Below are positions 60,749 through 64,000 of a stretch of DNA of 64,000 nt, piece after piece. The notes under the pieces were generated by a model that ran no database searches, had not been told where the DNA came from, and saw only the letters and a list, made by a program, of their open reading frames with translations. Each line of letters starts with the position of its first letter. Positions within the stretch are counted from its first letter, which is position 1. The stretch comes from an uncultured Gammaproteobacteria bacterium (GTDB taxonomy: Bacteria; Pseudomonadota; Gammaproteobacteria; CAKMZV01), in the NCBI GenBank assembly GCA_929200535.1, contig CAKMZV010000006.1:3194-67193 (forward strand), written 5' to 3'. The position numbers were made by a program, and so were the translations under genes.

Positions 60749-61582
60749 TTGGCTGCACAATTAATTTTTCATTATATACTTTGGTGCATACGATTATGTA
60801 TTCTTCCTTGGCGTTATTTTCAGCTTAATGCAAAGTATTTTAATTCAGAAAAAGGTTACTTTTCTAAATTAGAAATAGATGTAATGATTCCTGAACGTTG
60901 GCGATTGCCGCAATATTCAGTTGAGTCAAAACAAATTCCAAAATATTTTCCAGTCTTTATCAAGCCAGAATGGGGGCAAAATAGTTACGGCATTAGACGT
61001 ATCGATAATATAGAGCAATATCGTACTCTCAATACATTGAGAACTAAAATGCCTTTTATGGTTCAAGAGGCGAGCAAAAAAGCCAAAGAATATGAAATAT
61101 TTTATATTGCTGCCCCTAATCGTTATTCAGATAAAGCGGGGCAAAGTCAATTTGATTGTGCTGTTTTAACGATTGTTGAGGTTGAAAATTTAAAAGATAA
61201 AACGTATCCAATCAACAGCATCAATAATAAAGATACAAATTATCAAGATATTACGAATGAATTCAACGACCAAGAGATAATGACAGTCAAAAAAATTCTG
61301 CAAGAATTGCCGTATTTTCGCATAGCCAGAGTTGGGCTTAAAGCCAACTCTAAAAAAGATTTTCTTGCTGGTGATTTTGATATTATAGAAATTAATCTTT
61401 TTGCACCTATGCCACTTAATTTGTTAGATAATTCTATTGATCAATCAGTCAAAAAATCATTTATTAAGTCAAGTATGTATCACTTAGCTAAAATAAGTAC
61501 GAATCTTCCGAAACAGGATTTTAAGAAAATGATTTTTTTCAAAAAAATCATTCGACATTACCAAGTGAAGAGCCCGTTATGA
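60749..61582 (+). CDS. ATP-grasp-like protein (divergent)
   Basis: PVFIKPEWGQNSYGIRRI (phosphate-loop-like), FMVQEASKKAKEYEIFYI and DIIEINLFAPMPLNL (E-x-N) follow the ATP-grasp order. The start is uncertain (TTG 60749 or ATG 60884). Confidence 0.5.
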   Translation: MAAQLIFHYILWCIRLCILPWRYFQLNAKYFNSEKGYFSKLEIDVMIPERWRLPQYSVESKQIPKYFPVFIKPEWGQNSYGIRRIDNIEQYRTLNTLRTKMPFMVQEASKKAKEYEIFYIAAPNRYSDKAGQSQFDCAVLTIVEVENLKDKTYPINSINNKDTNYQDITNEFNDQEIMTVKKILQELPYFRIARVGLKANSKKDFLAGDFDIIEINLFAPMPLNLLDNSIDQSVKKSFIKSSMYHLAKISTNLPKQDFKKMIFFKKIIRHYQVKSPL

Positions 61583-62478
61583 AAAAAACAATTTATGCGT
61601 ATTTATCAAAAAAATTCTTACCGGATTGCAGTAGTTATAATCCATTAAGTGTACGCAAGGCTTGTCGAACTAAGGCTCAAGCACGAGCAGCTTTTAATGA
61701 ACTCAATGTGCCTCATGCTAAGGGGGATATTTTCTTTTTGCCATCCAAAGCTTGGAGCTTTGCAAAAACTTGCGATTATCCTTTTTGTATTAAGCCTGAT
61801 GTGAGTGGGTTTTCAAGAGGCTCACATTTTCCAATTACAAATCAAAAAGAGCTTATTGCAGCGAGCGTTAAAGTAAAAAAATGGTGGCCTGTTAGTGTTA
61901 TTGAGCAATATTTATTGGGTAAAAATTATCGTGTTGTTATTACTCAGAAGGGGGTTATGTCATTAATTCGGCGTTATCCGCCTTTTGTCATCGGTGATGG
62001 GGAAAGCAATATTGAAACCTTAATTGATCGTGAAAACCAAGTGCGAGAAAAAATGGGCATTTATCCAGAAATGCACCCAATTGCTAAAAATAGACAAGTC
62101 AGACATCATCTTAAAAAACAACAGTTGAGTTTACAAAGTGTTCCAGAAATGGATCAATGGGTTTATGTTTATAATAAGGTGGCTTTAAAGCCAGGTGGTA
62201 TTGTGGAAATTATTGATAAATCTACTATTCCTGAAGCTAATTTAAAAGTGTTAGACGATATTCTTAATTATTTTGAGGCGAATATCTTAGGTATTGATAT
62301 TATTTGCGAGCAAGGTATGGATGTTGATTTTGATAAACAAAAATGTATTTTTTTAGAGCTTAATTCACGCCCTTATCTCAAAATGCACGATAATCCACGC
62401 TATGGAGAGAAAGAAGATTTATCTTCATTTTACCAACACCTAAAATCATTACACATTAGTGATACAGATACTTTCTAA
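61579..62478 (+). CDS. stand-alone ATP-grasp ligase resembling the cyanophycin-synthetase G domain
   Basis: PFCIKPDVSGFSRGSHF, IEQYLLGKNYRVVI, PPFVIGDGESNIETLID, GIDIICE and FLELNSRP parallel the CphA ATP-grasp region. There is no Mur-ligase domain. ATGA overlap with the upstream gene. Confidence 0.65.
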   Translation: MKKTIYAYLSKKFLPDCSSYNPLSVRKACRTKAQARAAFNELNVPHAKGDIFFLPSKAWSFAKTCDYPFCIKPDVSGFSRGSHFPITNQKELIAASVKVKKWWPVSVIEQYLLGKNYRVVITQKGVMSLIRRYPPFVIGDGESNIETLIDRENQVREKMGIYPEMHPIAKNRQVRHHLKKQQLSLQSVPEMDQWVYVYNKVALKPGGIVEIIDKSTIPEANLKVLDDILNYFEANILGIDIICEQGMDVDFDKQKCIFLELNSRPYLKMHDNPRYGEKEDLSSFYQHLKSLHISDTDTF

Positions 62479-63649
62479 GTTGAGCTCTAATTATAGGCAG
62501 TTCTATAAATTTCTAAGCTTACATACTTTTCTTACCAGTCTTTTTCCTGTACTGTTACCCAGTTTTTTATGGATGCGTGGTTACCGCTTAACTGAGGTGG
62601 CAATTTTTATTGCCATATCAGGTCTAAGCTTTGTTTGCGCACTCAAAATTTGGGAGCGTTTAAGTAAAGAGCGTTCCTTTAAAGAAATCATATTGCTTTC
62701 ATTTATCTTGCAGATATTACTTGTTAGCGGTATTTTTATTGAAAATCAAACTGTTTTTTTGCTAACCGTGGCGATATGTAATGGTGCGGTTAATTGTTTT
62801 TTTTGGATAAGTCAGCGTGTTCTGTTTTTTGAAACCATTGGAAAGCATAATGCAGGTCGGCAGTTTGGTAATATGCAAATCACAATGGCATTATTACTCA
62901 ACTTAGGTATTGCATTTGGTGCCTTTATGTTGGAAAAGGTACATTTTGAAGGTGTTTATCTGGTGTTTGTGATTATTGCTGGGACGGCTTTGTTTTTATA
63001 TGCTTTTAGCAAAAAAACGCCCGATTTACCAACGATAATCACCAGTTCGAAACCGCTCACAAATAAGCAAATTATAGGCTTTAAAGATAACTATCGATCA
63101 ATAGCTGTATTTGGTTTGGATGGGTTATTTTTATATCTTGAAAGTTATTTTTGGATTATTTCACTTTATTTGATTGCCCATGAAAGTTTTTTAAAACTTG
63201 GGCTATTAATAATCAGTCTTGCCTTAATATTGGCGATTATTTTTTATTGGATAAAAAATATTATTGATGCGACTCGAAAACAACTTATTTATAATGTTGC
63301 GGTCTGTTTGTACGGCTTATCTTGGTTATTGCGAGCTTGGGTTGATGATCAAACAAGCCTTTTGATGCTTTTTGTAATGCTCACCAGTCTCTCTTTCTTT
63401 ACAGCACTTTTTCGTTTATCTTTTAATAAACGATTTTTTAATATTGCTAAGGTTAGCGGGCAACACGATTATCTTTTTATTAAAAGCTATCACTCACAAT
63501 TATTTGTTGCGATAGCTTTTTTTATTATTGCGGTTGTATCTTATTGGGCATCAAGTCAAAATGTAGAGATACTAAGCAATATCTACTATGTGGTAGCATT
63601 GCTCTGCCCCATTTATTGGCTCTACAAAGCACCTGCAGAAGAGGTTTGA
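62459..63649 (+). CDS. polytopic membrane protein (about 10-12 TM, transporter-like)
   Basis: 396 aa and hydrophobic throughout. It overlaps or abuts the upstream gene (GTG 62459, or TTG 62480 two nt after the upstream stop). Confidence 0.55.
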   Translation: MIQILSKLSSNYRQFYKFLSLHTFLTSLFPVLLPSFLWMRGYRLTEVAIFIAISGLSFVCALKIWERLSKERSFKEIILLSFILQILLVSGIFIENQTVFLLTVAICNGAVNCFFWISQRVLFFETIGKHNAGRQFGNMQITMALLLNLGIAFGAFMLEKVHFEGVYLVFVIIAGTALFLYAFSKKTPDLPTIITSSKPLTNKQIIGFKDNYRSIAVFGLDGLFLYLESYFWIISLYLIAHESFLKLGLLIISLALILAIIFYWIKNIIDATRKQLIYNVAVCLYGLSWLLRAWVDDQTSLLMLFVMLTSLSFFTALFRLSFNKRFFNIAKVSGQHDYLFIKSYHSQLFVAIAFFIIAVVSYWASSQNVEILSNIYYVVALLCPIYWLYKAPAEEV

Positions 63650-63688
63650 TTCGCCTCAGTCCGCAAGCTACTGCTATTAAATTTTGGT

Positions 63689-64000
63689 TTAATTAAGGCT
63701 GTTAAAGTTGTTTTTCTCAATCCAAAATTTATTGCCTTTTTTGATGAATCCGGGAATATCCTTGTTCCATTTATACTGAACTTCATCATTGTAATTTAAA
63801 TACAATTTGCCATCTCTGAGAGTCCAAATCTCTGGATCTCCATAAACGCCTTTGCCATCAACGCCTACTCGCCAAGCACAATGCCCACCATATTGAGGGG
63901 CGTATTTTTGTGGGTTTTCCTTGAATGCAGCAAGATTTTCCGCATTCTTAAATAACCAAACGGCTTCTTTGTATTTAGTTTGAAACCTTTCAGATCCTTT
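63689..64000 (-). CDS. YHS-domain-family protein, C-terminal part (5' end outside the window)
   Basis: Hand translation of the minus strand gives ...FKNAENLAAFKENPQKYAPQYGGHCAWRVGVDGKGVYGDPEIWTLRDGKLYLNYN...NSLN*, open to the window edge. The F..NP.KY.PQYGG.CA pattern is typical of this family. Confidence 0.6.
   Translation of the reverse strand, partial: KGSERFQTKYKEAVWLFKNAENLAAFKENPQKYAPQYGGHCAWRVGVDGKGVYGDPEIWTLRDGKLYLNYNDEVQYKWNKDIPGFIKKGNKFWIEKNNFNSLN

Overview
AT-rich (by eye roughly high-30s % GC, not computed), densely coding chromosomal window of gammaproteobacterial type. Most of it is housekeeping: accA, gyrB, recG, folK-panB, hom-thrC-aroK, ilvD, pyrE, trmL, rimI, prmB-recX, tRNA-Ser(UGA) and tRNA-Cys(GCA). 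Six things stand out. (1) A family of about 159-bp long-palindrome MITE-like repeats (termini GAGACCTTTGC...GCAAAGGTCTC) has nine full, variant or decayed copies, and several overlap CDS starts or stops. (2) A defence-type islet encodes a GmrSD-like DUF262/DUF1524 nuclease plus a DUF1016 PDDEXK nuclease (33.7-36.7 kb). (3) An accessory patch at 49.8-52.0 kb holds an 846-bp insert bracketed by a 114-bp direct duplication of the 3' end of an FAD-oxidoreductase gene, followed by a McrA-like HNH nuclease and two tiny ORFs (one missing from the ORF track). (4) A serine-cycle-type module, mcl-mtkA-mtkB-sga, sits divergent from an archaeal-type PEP carboxylase. (5) A translationally coupled operon encodes two ATP-grasp ligase-like proteins and a polytopic membrane protein. 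(6) A conserved lipid-modification cluster runs FAD oxidoreductase/DUF1365/CFA-synthase-like/MFS/DUF3833/SDR. I saw no rRNA, CRISPR array, integrase or transposase gene. All functional calls rest on motif recognition from the translated ORFs and remembered family signatures; no database search was run.
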